This document shows positions 28,668 through 42,429 of a stretch of 64,000 nucleotides of DNA, one piece after another (the first letter of the stretch is position 1; the number at the start of each line of letters is the position of its first letter). The stretch is taken from NCBI RefSeq assembly GCF_009914755.1, contig NC_060935.1; one strand, given 5' to 3'. The notes under the pieces were generated by a model. That model was not told the DNA's origin, did no database searches, and saw only the letters and a program-made list of their open reading frames with translations. The translations under genes and the position numbers were made by a program. Source of the stretch: the human T2T-CHM13v2.0 reference genome, Homo sapiens.

Positions 28668-30014
28668 TGTAAAAGGTATATACTCCATCATAGAACCATA
28701 TATCTAACCTGGAAGAATTAACCACAACTTCATCCTCCAGAAAAATGCTTAAAGGAAGGGTAACTGCAGATTTGACCTCTGTGCTGTTAAATTTTGATAG
28801 TGAAGGGAATGTCAGATAGGGATTTGAGGTAAATAATAGTCTAGGAAGAGTACCCTGAAAGAAGCTTAATGGTAGCAGCCATTTTTTAACATTGATGTCA
28901 AAAAGTAAACACTAGTGGGCTTATTTCCTTTATTATGTTAATGTGTAGCATGGGATAATATACATTGAGCTTGGACTACATATTTAACACAATCTTGGTT
29001 ATGATATTTTACCAACCAATATAATTAGCTGTATATTTAAGAAAAATGTATTTTTTATTGCTATGTAAAATTATTTCATGTGACTTAATCTATAGAACTA
29101 TTCACAGTTCCTAGCTTTATTTTGATTCTCATGTTTGTCCAGCTAATAATTGTGTCATAATGAAGAGTAGTCACTATGTTTTATAATGCTTGGGGAAGAA
29201 AAAGTAGAGTTGTTATCAAAATAACTGCAATTAAATTTGAGATCCAGCATTAATTAAGTAGTTAAGGCTATTACTATGAACCAAGGAAAGAATATGAACT
29301 TGTTTTTTACATTGCATTTTCCCAGAAATACTTTTTTGTAATTTTAAGCAAAATTATTCCTTTATATAGAGGTCTGGAAAGGACTGGCATAAATCACTGT
29401 TATCTTTCTTGACTTTCATTTCTTTTCCCTTTTACTTTCTCTAACATTGAAGAAAGGCTTTCATATTCTAGTGTATTAATTTGACCTCATTTACCCAAAA
29501 TGTATAGCTTAGTCAGAGGTTTCTATTGGGGAGAGTATGGGGATTGAATGTTGTTCCTTTAAAATATTAATAGTACTAATGTAATTGTCTTACTACTGCA
29601 TGAATTGAAATAACAACAAAAGCCCTTTCGTTGTCTTATGATTTTAAAAATCGTGGAAGATACTGGCATTTGCAAGATCTTAAATTTTCTAATATTATTT
29701 CTTAAGTATTAAATATCTTTTCTGGTTTTAAGAAAAAATGCCTATTTTTAAAATATGTGAAATCTTGATGAAATTAATTGTCTAAAATATCAAGCTTGCT
29801 GAGTATCTTTAACCTTTCAAACCTTTATTTTGATTCTCATGTTTGCCCAGCCAATAATTGTGTCATAATTATTGAAGAGTAGTCATGATTCTTTAACCTT
29901 TCAACCTCTTGTATTCTTTTGTGTACATAAAGTACTCTACTTTTATTTTTAGTAAGATGGAAATAAGTATACATCTTAAAGACATCTAGAAGTAAAAACA
30001 AGAGTTTATTTGCT

Positions 30015-30302
30015 GGCCAGGTGTGGTAGCTCACACTTATAATCCCAGCACTTTGGGAAGCCAAGATGGGTGGATTGCTTGAGCCTGGGAGTTTGAGACA
30101 AGCCTGGGCAACATAGAGAGACCCTGGCTCTTCAGAAAATACAAAAATCACCCAAGCTTGGTGGTGCACACCTGTAGTCCCAGCTACTCAGGAGGCTGAT
30201 GGGGGAGAAGCCCTGAGCCTGGGGAGTTCAAGTCTGCAGTGAGCAGTGATCACACCACTATACTCCAGCCTGGGTGACAGTGAGACCCCATCTCAAAAAA
30301 AG
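30015..30302 (+). mobile_element. AluJ
   Basis: gattgcttgagcc, cctgggcaacatag; TSD aaga(g/a)tttatt..gct. Confidence 0.92.
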
Positions 30303-30837
30303 AAGAATTTATTTTGCTTAGTGACTTAGAAAGTGTGTTGGTAATTTTTCTAAGTTAGGATGAAAGGGGAGAGGAAATAGTAAACAAGGCCGTTTTACTA
30401 CTTTCTTGCCTGTTTTCATTATAAAAATAAGATGATTGTTTGCTTACCCTATTACTTATCTGTAATACATTGTATTGGGAAAAGATATTTCAGTTTTAAT
30501 TGGTAACTATTAGTGTGAGGTCTATGTTGCTTTTGGAATTAGATAAAATTACTAATGGATTACTAAATTTAAAAGTAAATTAAAAGCCAGCCTTCAAAGA
30601 ATATGTCAGGATACTCTGTTGTGATTGGTTGGTTGTTTTAGCTTTTTATTTATTTATTTTTTGGTTGGAGCATGGCTACAAACATTCAAACTTTTAAGTT
30701 AAAATACAGCTAGACCTTCCATTTATCAAGTAAGAGACATCAAAATACCTTATACAAAGGTATCTTGTGGAAATGTTTTGAGATCATGTCTCACTAAACT
30801 CAAGTTTAGAAGAATAGAGAAATTTTGCTGCTGTATG

Positions 30838-30839
<2 letters not shown>

Positions 30840-30896
<57 letters not shown>
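30840..30896. repeat. Compound (TG)n(TA)n microsatellite
   Basis: Directly visible. Confidence 0.95.
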
Positions 30897-30901
<5 letters not shown>

Positions 30902-31207
30902 GGTCCAAATTATTCCTCTTAAAACACATAGAGTAAAAGCTTGATTTTTAAAAGCTTTAGTTAATAAGTTTAAATTAGTTAATGAGTTACATCTTATTCC
31001 CCACAACTATCCTTCACAGTGACCAAACTTTACTACAGCCAATCTAAATGTGAATCTAGTGAATTTACATGATAGAACCTTCTTACCTTTTTGTAAAAGA
31101 AGTTTGAGAAGATATTTGGTGATAAAAATGATTTTAATATGTCCCCATTATGTCTTAATGTTCAAATTTTCTAAACATTAGAATTTTAATACACATAAGA
31201 TTTTTTA

Positions 31208-31521
31208 GGTTATGTGGTCACTCATGCCTGTAATCTCAACACTTTGGGAGGCCAAGGCTGGAGGCTAGTTTGAGCCCAGGAGTTCAAAACCAGCCTGGGC
31301 AATATAGTGAGACCCCATCTCTACAAAGAATCAAAGAATTAAAAAAGAAAAAGAATTAGCCAGTCATGGTTACATGTTCCTATAATCCCAACTATTTCAG
31401 AGGCTGAGATGGGAGGACCCTTGAGCCTGGGAGGTTCGAGCTGCAGTGAACCATGATTGCACCACTGCACTCCAGTCTGAGCAACACAGCGACACCCTGT
31501 CCCCACCCCCCACAAAAAAAA
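31208..31521 (+). mobile_element. AluJ
   Basis: ttgagcccaggagttc, cctgggcaatatagtgagacccc. Confidence 0.9.
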
Positions 31522-31668
31522 GGAATTGCCAAAATGGTAAAGGTAGCTCTTTCTGAGTACCTTTCTGGGCCAGATACCTCTACTTGGTAATCACTTCATG
31601 TAATTGGAAAACTGTTATGTGATCTGTTCTCATTGTCCCATAGTGAATGTTAAAAAATCTTTACTTCT

Positions 31669-31960
31669 GGCTGGGCGCAGTGGCTCACGCCTGTAATCCC
31701 AGCACATTGGGAGGCCGAGGCGGGCGGATCACGAGGTCAGGAGATTGAGACCATCCTGGCTAACACGGTGAAACCCCGTCGCTACTAAAAATACAAAAAA
31801 ATTTGCCGGGTGTAGTGGGAGGTGCCTGTAGTCCCAGTTACTTGGGAGGCAGAGGCAGGAGAATGGGGGGTGAAACCAGGAGGCGGAGCTTGCAGTGAGC
31901 TGAGATTGCACCACTGCACTCCAGCCTGGAGGACATAGCAAGACTCGGTCTCAAAAAATA
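31669..31960 (+). mobile_element. AluY
   Basis: AluY diagnostics; TSD aaaaatcttt(a/g)cttct. Confidence 0.95.
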
Positions 31961-32342
31961 AAAAATCTTTGCTTCTCTGTCTGTCCCAGTGGAGGCCTTA
32001 TATAAATTCCTTATTTGAGGAGATGTAAGTGTAACTCAGGAGGTTAGATAAGAAACCTAAATCCTCCCTATAGGAAATAGGTTAAAGTAAGAAACTTTTT
32101 AATAGTGCCTGCTCTAGCTTAGACACCATAATGTCTCTTGTATGCTTATATCAATTCATCTCCTTATATGTACAGAAAAAGGCTATTGGGTAATTAAATG
32201 TTTATTTCTGCATTTAAGGGAAAGTAGGAAAGTAAGGAAGTGTGATATAAGATGTTCAAATGAATTATAACATTAGTGTGGCACTATGAAATTAAACATT
32301 TAGTCTAATCTTATCCCAAAGCAAACCCTTTGTTCTGATCCA

Positions 32343-32632
32343 TTTGTTTGTTTGAGACTGGGTCTCACATTGTTACCCTGGCTGGAGTGCAGTGGTGCGA
32401 ACGCTGCTCACTGCAGCCATAACTTCCCATGCTCAATTGATCCTCCTGCCACAGCTCCCCAAGTAGCTGGGACTACAGGTGGCAGCACGCCTTGCTAATT
32501 TTTGTATTTTTTGTAGAGATGGAGTTTTGCCATTTTGTCCAGGCTTGTCTCAAACTCTTGAGCTGAAGTGATCTGCTCACCTTGGCCTTCCAAAATGCTG
32601 GGATTATAGCCGTGAGCCACTGCACCCGGACC
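32343..32632 (-). mobile_element. AluJ
   Basis: gctcactgcagcc...gatcctcctgcc. Confidence 0.9.
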
Positions 32633-33027
32633 TGATCCTTTTTGATGGCTATCATGATGTACATTTCAGCTTATGTTTATCTTTTCATCTGAAGATAAAA
32701 GTTATCCTATGTAGTCTGTTGCGACTTTAAATGCTATATGAAGGAACCTGTCTGAATGTGAACTTAAAATATAAAGTCTTGTAAATATATAAACTTAAAC
32801 ATTAAAACATTTAAATATACTAGGTTTTTTCATTATTTCCTTCCCTAAGAGTTTGAAATGTTCTACATATTGTCATGAAATTGATGTTTAGCCTCACTGT
32901 AAATCGCTTAGCACAAGTCTCATGTTGCATATTATTCTAGGCGCATGTATGTTACCAGATTTCAAACTGTTTAACACATAATAGTTATGCTTTTTTGCAA
33001 GGCAAAAAATAAACACTATCAAAGGAA

Positions 33028-33303
33028 CTTTTTTTTTTTTTGAGACAGAGTCTTGCTATGTGGCCCAGGTTGGAGTGCAGTGGCATGATCTCAACTCACT
33101 GCAACCTATGACTCCTGGGTTCAAGTGATTCTCCTGCCTCAGCTCCCCCGAATAGCTGGGATTACAGGAGCGGGCCACCACATCTGGCTAACAGGGTTTC
33201 ACCTTGTTGGCCAGGATGGTCTCGAACACCTGAGCTTATGTGATCTGCCTGCCTCGGCCTTCCAAAGTGCTGGGATTGCAGGTGTGAGCCACCGTGCCCA
33301 ACC
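33028..33303 (-). mobile_element. AluS with internal linker deletion
   Basis: TSD tatcaaaggaacttt; ggctaa joined directly to cagggtttc. Confidence 0.9.
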
Positions 33304-33465
33304 TATCAAAGGAACTTTTGTTACTAAGTTTTTCTGTATGACAAATGTGACTACAAAACTTTTTTGTGGAAAGTTCTTTATTAGTGTTCTAAATATTTCT
33401 TTCAGATTTGTATACAAAAAACAAACAATTAACATTGACTCCAGTTGTCCAACAACTTTGAGTAA

Positions 33466-33757
<292 letters not shown>

Positions 33758-33940
33758 CAACTTTGAGTATTTTAAAAATTATACTTTAAATACATTTCTA
33801 CTCTTTGATACTCATTTTTTAAAATTTTAAGTGAATTTGTGTTTGAGACATTAATCAAAATGGCAATAGTTTTACAAATGGAGTGAAGAGCAAAGTATAA
33901 GTACTCAAATGTCTTAGTGTAGTGCTAATTTCTTTAATTC

Positions 33941-34245
<305 letters not shown>

Positions 34246-34334
34246 ATAAAATTAATTTTTAAATTGATTTTTAATGATTCACCATTTGAATTATATATTT
34301 CACATATTTCATGATTATATTACCATAGTTCAGA

Positions 34335-34955
<621 letters not shown>

Positions 34956-35375
34956 TAATTCAGATATTTAAAAGAACACTAGTCTAGTAATACCGAAAAT
35001 GTATTTTGTGATGATATTCTTTTTTTGTTTGAAATGGCAAATACATTCCTTTTAAATTGTAAATATATTTAGAGCATGTCCAGACTTTGTGTATATTATT
35101 CATAATAAAAAAGAATTAACTTTAATTATCAGATCTTTACTCAGTCTTACTAAATTTGAAGATAAATATTAATGTGGAATTTCTATAATAATCTTTGTTG
35201 TACTTCTGTAGTAGTTAAGTTACTGTACACATTTAAGTCTTGAGTATTGAGTTAATTTATTAACAAGTGCTAAATATAACATTATTGGAGTCCTTAACCA
35301 CAGTTAGGTTGAATGCTGTGTGGTTCTATCATAGAAGAAAGGAGGATAGTACAGTATATTATGGTAGTAATTTTA

Positions 35376-35686
<311 letters not shown>

Positions 35687-35896
35687 GTAATTGTAATGTG
35701 TAGTATGTAATTACATATAATATGTAATTATTTCATAATAGCACCTTGAGCAAAGTATTGCAAAGGTAATTAAAATGTTGTTCACAACTACTGTTTTAAA
35801 GTTATTGAAGTGCCTTTCCTTCATAAAGCCTAACTTTTATGCTAAAGGTAATGGAAAAGGTAAATTAATTTTCTTCTGGTTTTGTTTCATTTCCAG

Positions 35897-35932
35897 GTGG
35901 AGGTTTAGCCGTTGGAACAGTTCTTCTAATTG
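35897..35932 (+). CDS. ELP4: ELP4 coding exon 2 (36 nt)
   Basis: Acceptor tttgtttcatttccag, donor TTG|GTTAGT; encodes (G)GGLAVGTVLLI in frame with exons 1 and 3. Confidence 0.96.
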
Positions 35933-36439
35933 GTTAGTACAAAATACATGCTTTGCTCTCCTCTATCATTGTTTTCTGTTGTGCATAATCATTTTATCCA
36001 ATTCCCATTCCAAAATTATTTAAATCACTAACACGACAGAAGTTAAGATAAATTAGAGAGGAATTGACTTAAGTTCTATTTTAAATTCTAATGTTGAGCT
36101 GAACTTGAAATAAATTAGGCAAATATATCTGAACATGTAGCTCTTATAACTTAAAAATGTTCATAGTTCATTGTGCTCCATTTTTTTAAAAAGACTAAAA
36201 TTAATGTGAATTGATTTTTTTGGAGAACCTCAGTATTTAAAGTGGGATTATTACAGGGATCAATTTGGGAAATTGAAATACCAAGTCCATCGTATATATC
36301 ATATCATTTTATCATTATCTTTTTATTGAAACAAAAGTAACAAAGTAGTAAATCATATTTTAGTTCATCTTTAAAGTGGCAAGAGTCCTAATTTAAGTAT
36401 ATAACCATAATTGCCTTCCTTCTTTTTTAGTATATATAG

Positions 36440-36800
36440 GTCACAGAATCTTGGAATTGAAATAAACCTTGTCAGTTATATAATCAAAGCAGCCATATTA
36501 ATATTTAATTCATGTATCTGTAACATATCTATTGTTCCTACTTTTGTCCTCTGATATAATATAAATTTACGTAGTTTTTCACGTGACACCCTTAAAATAT
36601 TTGAAAATACCTATTTTTTCATCTCAAATATTCTCCAAACTAAATGGACATCATTCCTTAACCTGGTTTTATATGTTAGGGTTTTCACACACCTCACTGT
36701 TCTGATTATTCTTTTTATGCACCTTCTAGTCTGGCATTCATTTTCTCCTGAATCATGCCCCGACCTAAATACAGTATTCCAAATGTAATATGACCTGAAA
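36440..36800 (-). mobile_element. L3/CR1 fragment
   Basis: aaatatttgaaaatacctat...ctccaaactaaa...aatacagtattccaaatgt, typical of the L3 reverse complement. Confidence 0.5.
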
Positions 36801-37064
36801 TCACCATACTGGGACTATAAAATAAATATGTTAATCTAGACAGAGTTATTAGTACCAGGCACCAAAAAGGTTAGTTTCTATTTATTGACCCCTAAGGTAA
36901 CAAAAAAAGTATTTTGGAAGAATTTTCCCCAAGAGTGAGTAAAATACAAAGTGGTGATGCTTAAAATTTGGCATGTACGTAAGAATTTGTCTAGTAAAGG
37001 AAAACGTTATATAGAACATTTTATTCCTCATCTATGCTGGATAATTAAAGAGTAATAATATTAG

Positions 37065-37320
37065 TAGTGAGAGCTGCCTTTTATTTAACTCTTACTGTTG
37101 GTCATACATTATGCAAAGTGCATTATGTTTTTTTTTTTTAGCTTAATACAACAACCTCAGAAGATACTAAATATACTTCATGTTATCTCCCTTTTATACA
37201 TGAGGAAATGAGGCTCACAAGGATGGGGTAGTTTTCCCACTATTCCATAGTTAATCTGATAACCAGGACTTGAATTCTGTGTGATTCCAAAACCCATTTT
37301 TTTTGTAACTATGCTCTAAA
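37065..37320 (-). mobile_element. MIR
   Basis: cccttttatacatgaggaaatgaggctcac...ccaggacttgaattc. Confidence 0.75.
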
Positions 37321-38700
37321 GTTTTCTCACATGTTTTGTTTAATAGCAATAAACAGTAAAATAGGAATTACATCCCTTTTTAGATTATTGCAGTTTCAAG
37401 TAGTAAAGTAAAACTCACATTTATGGAGATTTTTTCTTTTAATGGATTTTCAAATTTCTCAACATGAAGGAATCCTTGATAAATTCATGCACAATAAGGA
37501 TCAAAGTTGCAGCACTGTAAAAATCCTTATTTCACATGATCAGCATTTCTCCATTCCAGTCAAAAAGTTTTGTCTTTAAAATATAAATCAATATACAGGG
37601 AGTGGTTAAAAACATCTTCAGTTGTACAGTATTTGTTAGATCAGTTTATATAGTTGTAGCATATTGCTATTAAAAATGTAATATATTAGTTTACTTAAAT
37701 TATGCCATTTAATCATTTTGGTCCTGTGTTCTCTCAACTCAGCCATTGATTTCCCTGTTGGCTCTTGGCTGTGAAGTACCTGCCAACTTCTTACCAGTCA
37801 TTTACTTACATCAATACAATATAATCTTCTGGAAATTTGCCTAGAGTTTAGTGCCTGAGTATCCAGATAGTAGACAATTTTTAATAAAAGCTAAGTAAAA
37901 TATGTCTTATGAGATACTTATGTCACCCATGAGTCATTAAAGTACTGTTTAAGACAGAATTATTCCTAACATTACATGTAAGAGAGAAAAATAACCTGTG
38001 ATCAAGAAATTCTAGAAATGATTATCTCAGTTACATTTTTAAGACTATATCTTATGGTAAATAAAGAATGTCTGAAGGTGTCTATTGAGAAAATTATTTA
38101 CATGTTTGGTATAAATACATAAAATACAAAACGGTGTGTAAAGAAAATTAGGTTGCTTTTTCGGATCCTCAGCCTCCGTTCCTTGAAATTATAGTGTCCT
38201 GGGTATTCCACCCAAATATTGCCATGTAAGTAATATACATGGGAACATTTCACACCTTGCTTTATCTATTTAATACATCTTAGACCTCAATTTATGTACA
38301 TTTATATAGATGTACTACTTCATTTTTGTTAACAACTGCATAGGATTTGATTATATAGATGTGCCATAATTTATTGTAATAGTTCTCTACTGAAAAATTT
38401 AAATTAATTCCATCTTTTTCTATTACTAACAATGCTATTGTGCATAATCTTGTGTATAACCTTTGCACACATATGTAAATATTCTAGAATAAACTGTAAG
38501 ATATAGACTTGCTTCATTGCAGCATGTTAAATTTTGTAGCTATTATTAGATTGCTCTCCCAAAAGGTTATACTGTCATATGCTTCAGCCAACAATTATAT
38601 CAGTTCACCCTAATCTCACCCTTGACAACACTTGTATGTTATCAAACATTTTAATATTTACCAGTCCAATTAGATTAGATTAGCAGATGAAGTTCTCCAC

Positions 38701-39013
38701 TTTTTTTTTTTTTTTTTAAGAGATGAGTCTTGCTCTGTTTCCCAAGGTGGACTGCAACAGCATGATCGTAGCTCACTGCAGCCTCCAACTCCTGGGCTTA
38801 AGTAGTCCTCCCTTCTCAGTCTCCTGAGTAGCTGGGACAGCACTCACACCACCATGCCCTGCTAATTTTTTATTTATTAATTTTTTTTTTTTTTGGTAGA
38901 GATAGGGCCTTGTTATACTGCCCAGGCTGTTCTTAAACTTCAGGCCTCAAGCAGTCCTCCTGCCTCAGCCCGCAGAGTGCTGGGATGATTGGTGTGAGCC
39001 ACTGCATCTGGCC
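38701..39013 (-). mobile_element. AluJ
   Basis: tagctcactgcagcctcc; TSD agttctc(c/t)acttt. Confidence 0.9.
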
Positions 39014-39974
39014 CCAGTTCTCTACTTTTCTTCATTCCCAAGTCTATGTGACTTGTACAATGAATTAAATCCACTTGAAGATATGGAAGCATAGTTTCAA
39101 AATATAAAAATACAAGGATTTTAGTTCAGTGTTTAGGAGCCTATGGTATTACTATATTGCTCATCACTGAAAAACTTTAAATTCCAGAAGTAAGAGAAAA
39201 TTAAAACATGAAGATTATTTACATTAATAACATTTTACTATAGATTTCCAACTTTTTAACCATTTTCTCGTGAAATAGTTTATTCATTTACCAAGGCAGT
39301 TTTATGTAGAAGCATACCTGTGCATGAGTGTGGGCTTTCAGAGTACTGTATTTACAGCTTCAGTAGCAATTTAACTATGGAAACTAGAGCTAATGAGCAC
39401 TGCCAGAAAAACCTAAAATAAGTCCACTCTAGACCTTCTGAATATAGCAAAATAAATACATGTGAACAGATGAAAGGAAATTCTCTGAGGAATAAATTGA
39501 AGAACTAAGGGACCCCACTGTGTACTTTAAAAATTTAAGATGGTTGTCAATTAATAAAATCAAAAATTGATTTTAAAATCAAAGGTAAAATTTGATTTTA
39601 AAATCAAAGATAGATTTTTCTTAAAATGTTTAATGCTTAAGTACTGGAATAGGCTTTGAGATGTTTTATCTATATTACTTTCTGACAGTCTGTTACATTG
39701 GTAAATTTGGAACACCTTAAAAGTTTCAAAAGTTAATTGATAGCATAAATATTTAGAGTTTACACAGTCTCTTTAAATAAAGGATCTTTATTTGTAAAGA
39801 TACTGAGCATCAAAAAGGTTTAATAGAAGTTGTCACCTATTAAAATAATAGGTGACATTTATCAATGTGTTTTTTTAAAATAATCTTTTACATTAATTAT
39901 GTAATTTTAGTTCTAGATATGGGAGATAAATGATACACTTTTGGATAATTAAACCTATTATCAGTGTACTTTTA

Positions 39975-40463
39975 TATTACTTTTTTCTGTGTAACAATAT
40001 TAACACAAATTTTACAGTTTATAAACAACATAGATTTATTTATCTCATAGTTTCTGTAGGTCAGGAATCTAAGCACACTCCCACGGAGTCCTCAGCAAGC
40101 CTACAATATAGGTGTCAGCCAGGGCTGAGTTCTCATCTGAAGGCTTGACAAGGGAACTATCTGCTTTCAAGCTCGTGGTTGTTTACAACATTCAGCTCCT
40201 TGCTGATTGGCAGCCAGAGGCTGCCCTCTCCATAGGGCATCTCACAAGATGGTGTCTTATTCCTTCAAAACCAAGAAGAGAGAATGTCCCTCAGCAAAAT
40301 GTTATAGGTTTTCATAACAGAAATGACATCCCATCATCTTTGCCATAATCTCTTGGTTAGAAGCAAGTTCCACATTCTGCTGCAATCAAGGGGAAGAGAT
40401 ACACAAAGGCATGAATACCAGGAGACAGGAATCATAGGGACCACCTTAGAATGTGTTCACCAC
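39975..40463 (-). mobile_element. MLT1F-like solo LTR
   Basis: atttattatctcatagtttctgtaggtcaggaatc...ctcatctgaaggcttgac...aaggcatgaataccagga...ccaca. Confidence 0.8.
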
Positions 40464-40627
40464 ACTTTTCATAATTTTAAATCATATTATTTCCTGTAAT
40501 AGCAAAAACTAAGCACTCTTAATAGTCCTCACAGAATATTATAGTATTTCTTGTCAGTCATCTTCAACCTTTCTGAATTTGCTAAGCTATATTATTCTTC
40601 TACATCATGCAATAAATTCTGAGCTAA

Positions 40628-40828
40628 CCAGCCTGGGCAACATGGCAAAACCCTGTTTCTACAAAAAAATACAAAAATTAACTGGGTGTGGTGGCATGTA
40701 CCTGTAGTCCCAGCTACTCAGGAGGCTGAGGTGGGAGGAGTGATTGAGCAAAGGAGGTTAAAGCTGCAGTGATCATGCCACTGGACTCCAGCCTGGGTGA
40801 TAGAGCGAAACCCTGTCTCAAAAAGAAA
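40628..40828 (+). mobile_element. 5'-truncated AluJ
   Basis: ccagcctgggcaacatgg plus right monomer; TSD aaattctgagct. Confidence 0.85.
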
Positions 40829-40854
40829 TTAAAAATTCTGAGCTTTTTTCTATG

Positions 40855-41060
40855 CAGGAATTGGCCTGCTAGCTGGTCACCTATTTTTGTAAATAAAATT
40901 TTATTAGAATACAGCCGTGCTTATTCATGTGCACATTGTCTACAGCTTCTTTTGTGCCACAAGTACAGTGTTGATTAGTTGTAACAGAAACTGTATGAAT
41001 CACAAGGCCTAAAATACTTGCTTTCTGATTCCTTAAGAAAAATTTTGCCAATCGCTGTTT
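40855..41060 (+). mobile_element. MER58A, partial
   Basis: aaataaaattttattagaatacagcc...aaggcctaaaatactt. Confidence 0.75.
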
Positions 41061-42429
41061 TGTGTTACTATATTTGATATTCTACTAAACTTACTTTAGA
41101 GTAGTAGAACTTTGTTAAAGGACTGAAATAGGACAACTGATATCAGTGCAGTCCTTTAGTAGAACCACCTGATCTTTAGTCCTGAAGCATTTAAGCTCTT
41201 ACAATGTGTTCAGCACTGTTAGGCAAGATAAATCTCTGGATATTGGTTGCATATGGAATAACCATGAACAGTACATATATAACATGCCGATATAAGGAGT
41301 ATGAAAAAGACTTAAATTGAATCAAAGTATGGGTAGAAAGGAGTGATGAAGAAAAAAAATTGCTCATATGGAAAACAATCAGTACACAATAGAGGATATC
41401 AACAGAGTATGCCTATGTAATAACTAGGTCCTTCTAAAGTAGAGAGAGTACATATTTAGGACTAGTGAGAAGGTAAGTTTGGCCTTCTTCCCCTGGATCT
41501 CTTGCTTCAACTACCTACTTGTAGAATTCACACTGTAAGGCTTAAGGACCCTTATACCAGTCCCCAGAACAATAGTGTGTAAAGACTAGGCTGTATACCT
41601 GTAATCCACTCCTAGGATTTTTGTTTGTTTAACTTTATGGCCAGCCAAATCTATCATGCTTTACCTCCTCGTTATCTTTGGTCATTATCTAAAACCAAAT
41701 TAAGACCAAATCTAATTAAGCTGTTCCAATGGTCTGGTCTTTTATCTCTATAATACTCCGTATTTTTCTCTTTAAACTCAGTTTCCTATTTCCTTCTCTT
41801 CCAGACCTTTCCAGTTTGCCCTCTATAACACCTATTTCATGTAAAATAAACTCTGATATCCTAAAATCTTATCCTTAAATATTTTATTGAAACATTTAAC
41901 ATTTATTGAGGATGTACTGTGTGCTGGGCATCATGCTAAGCCATTGACATGTATTGTATCATGTAATTTCACAACAATGAGAGGAAGTGTCTTTATTTTA
42001 TAGGTAATGAAATTGAAGCTTTGAGAGAAGCTAAGTAACTTGCCCAAGATCACATATATGGTAGCTGAGATTCACAATCAAATTTCTCATTTTATACTAA
42101 AACATGATAACTTATCTTAAAAATCCCTTATGGGGCTGTTCCACCTTCTATATCGTCTCATTGCTGCCATATATTGACTTCTTAGTTATTTTTATTATTT
42201 ATTGGAGACTATCCTGATCTCTAACGTCAAGTAGGCTTTCAACACTGGCCAGAAAACTTTTGTATAAATCTAGTCACCTCTTTTTTATTTTCAGTAATCT
42301 CAGTGGCCTTTTAAACCTTCAAACATCTAACATAGTATACTGCTATGAAGACATCAAACAAGATGTCTTCAAACATCTAACGTAGTATACTACTTTATCC
42401 TAATCCTCTGAAATAACTTACAGTTATGT

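Noticed and set aside
35704-35730. AT-rich palindromes upstream of exon 2
   Set aside because: Low-complexity composition makes chance occurrence likely.
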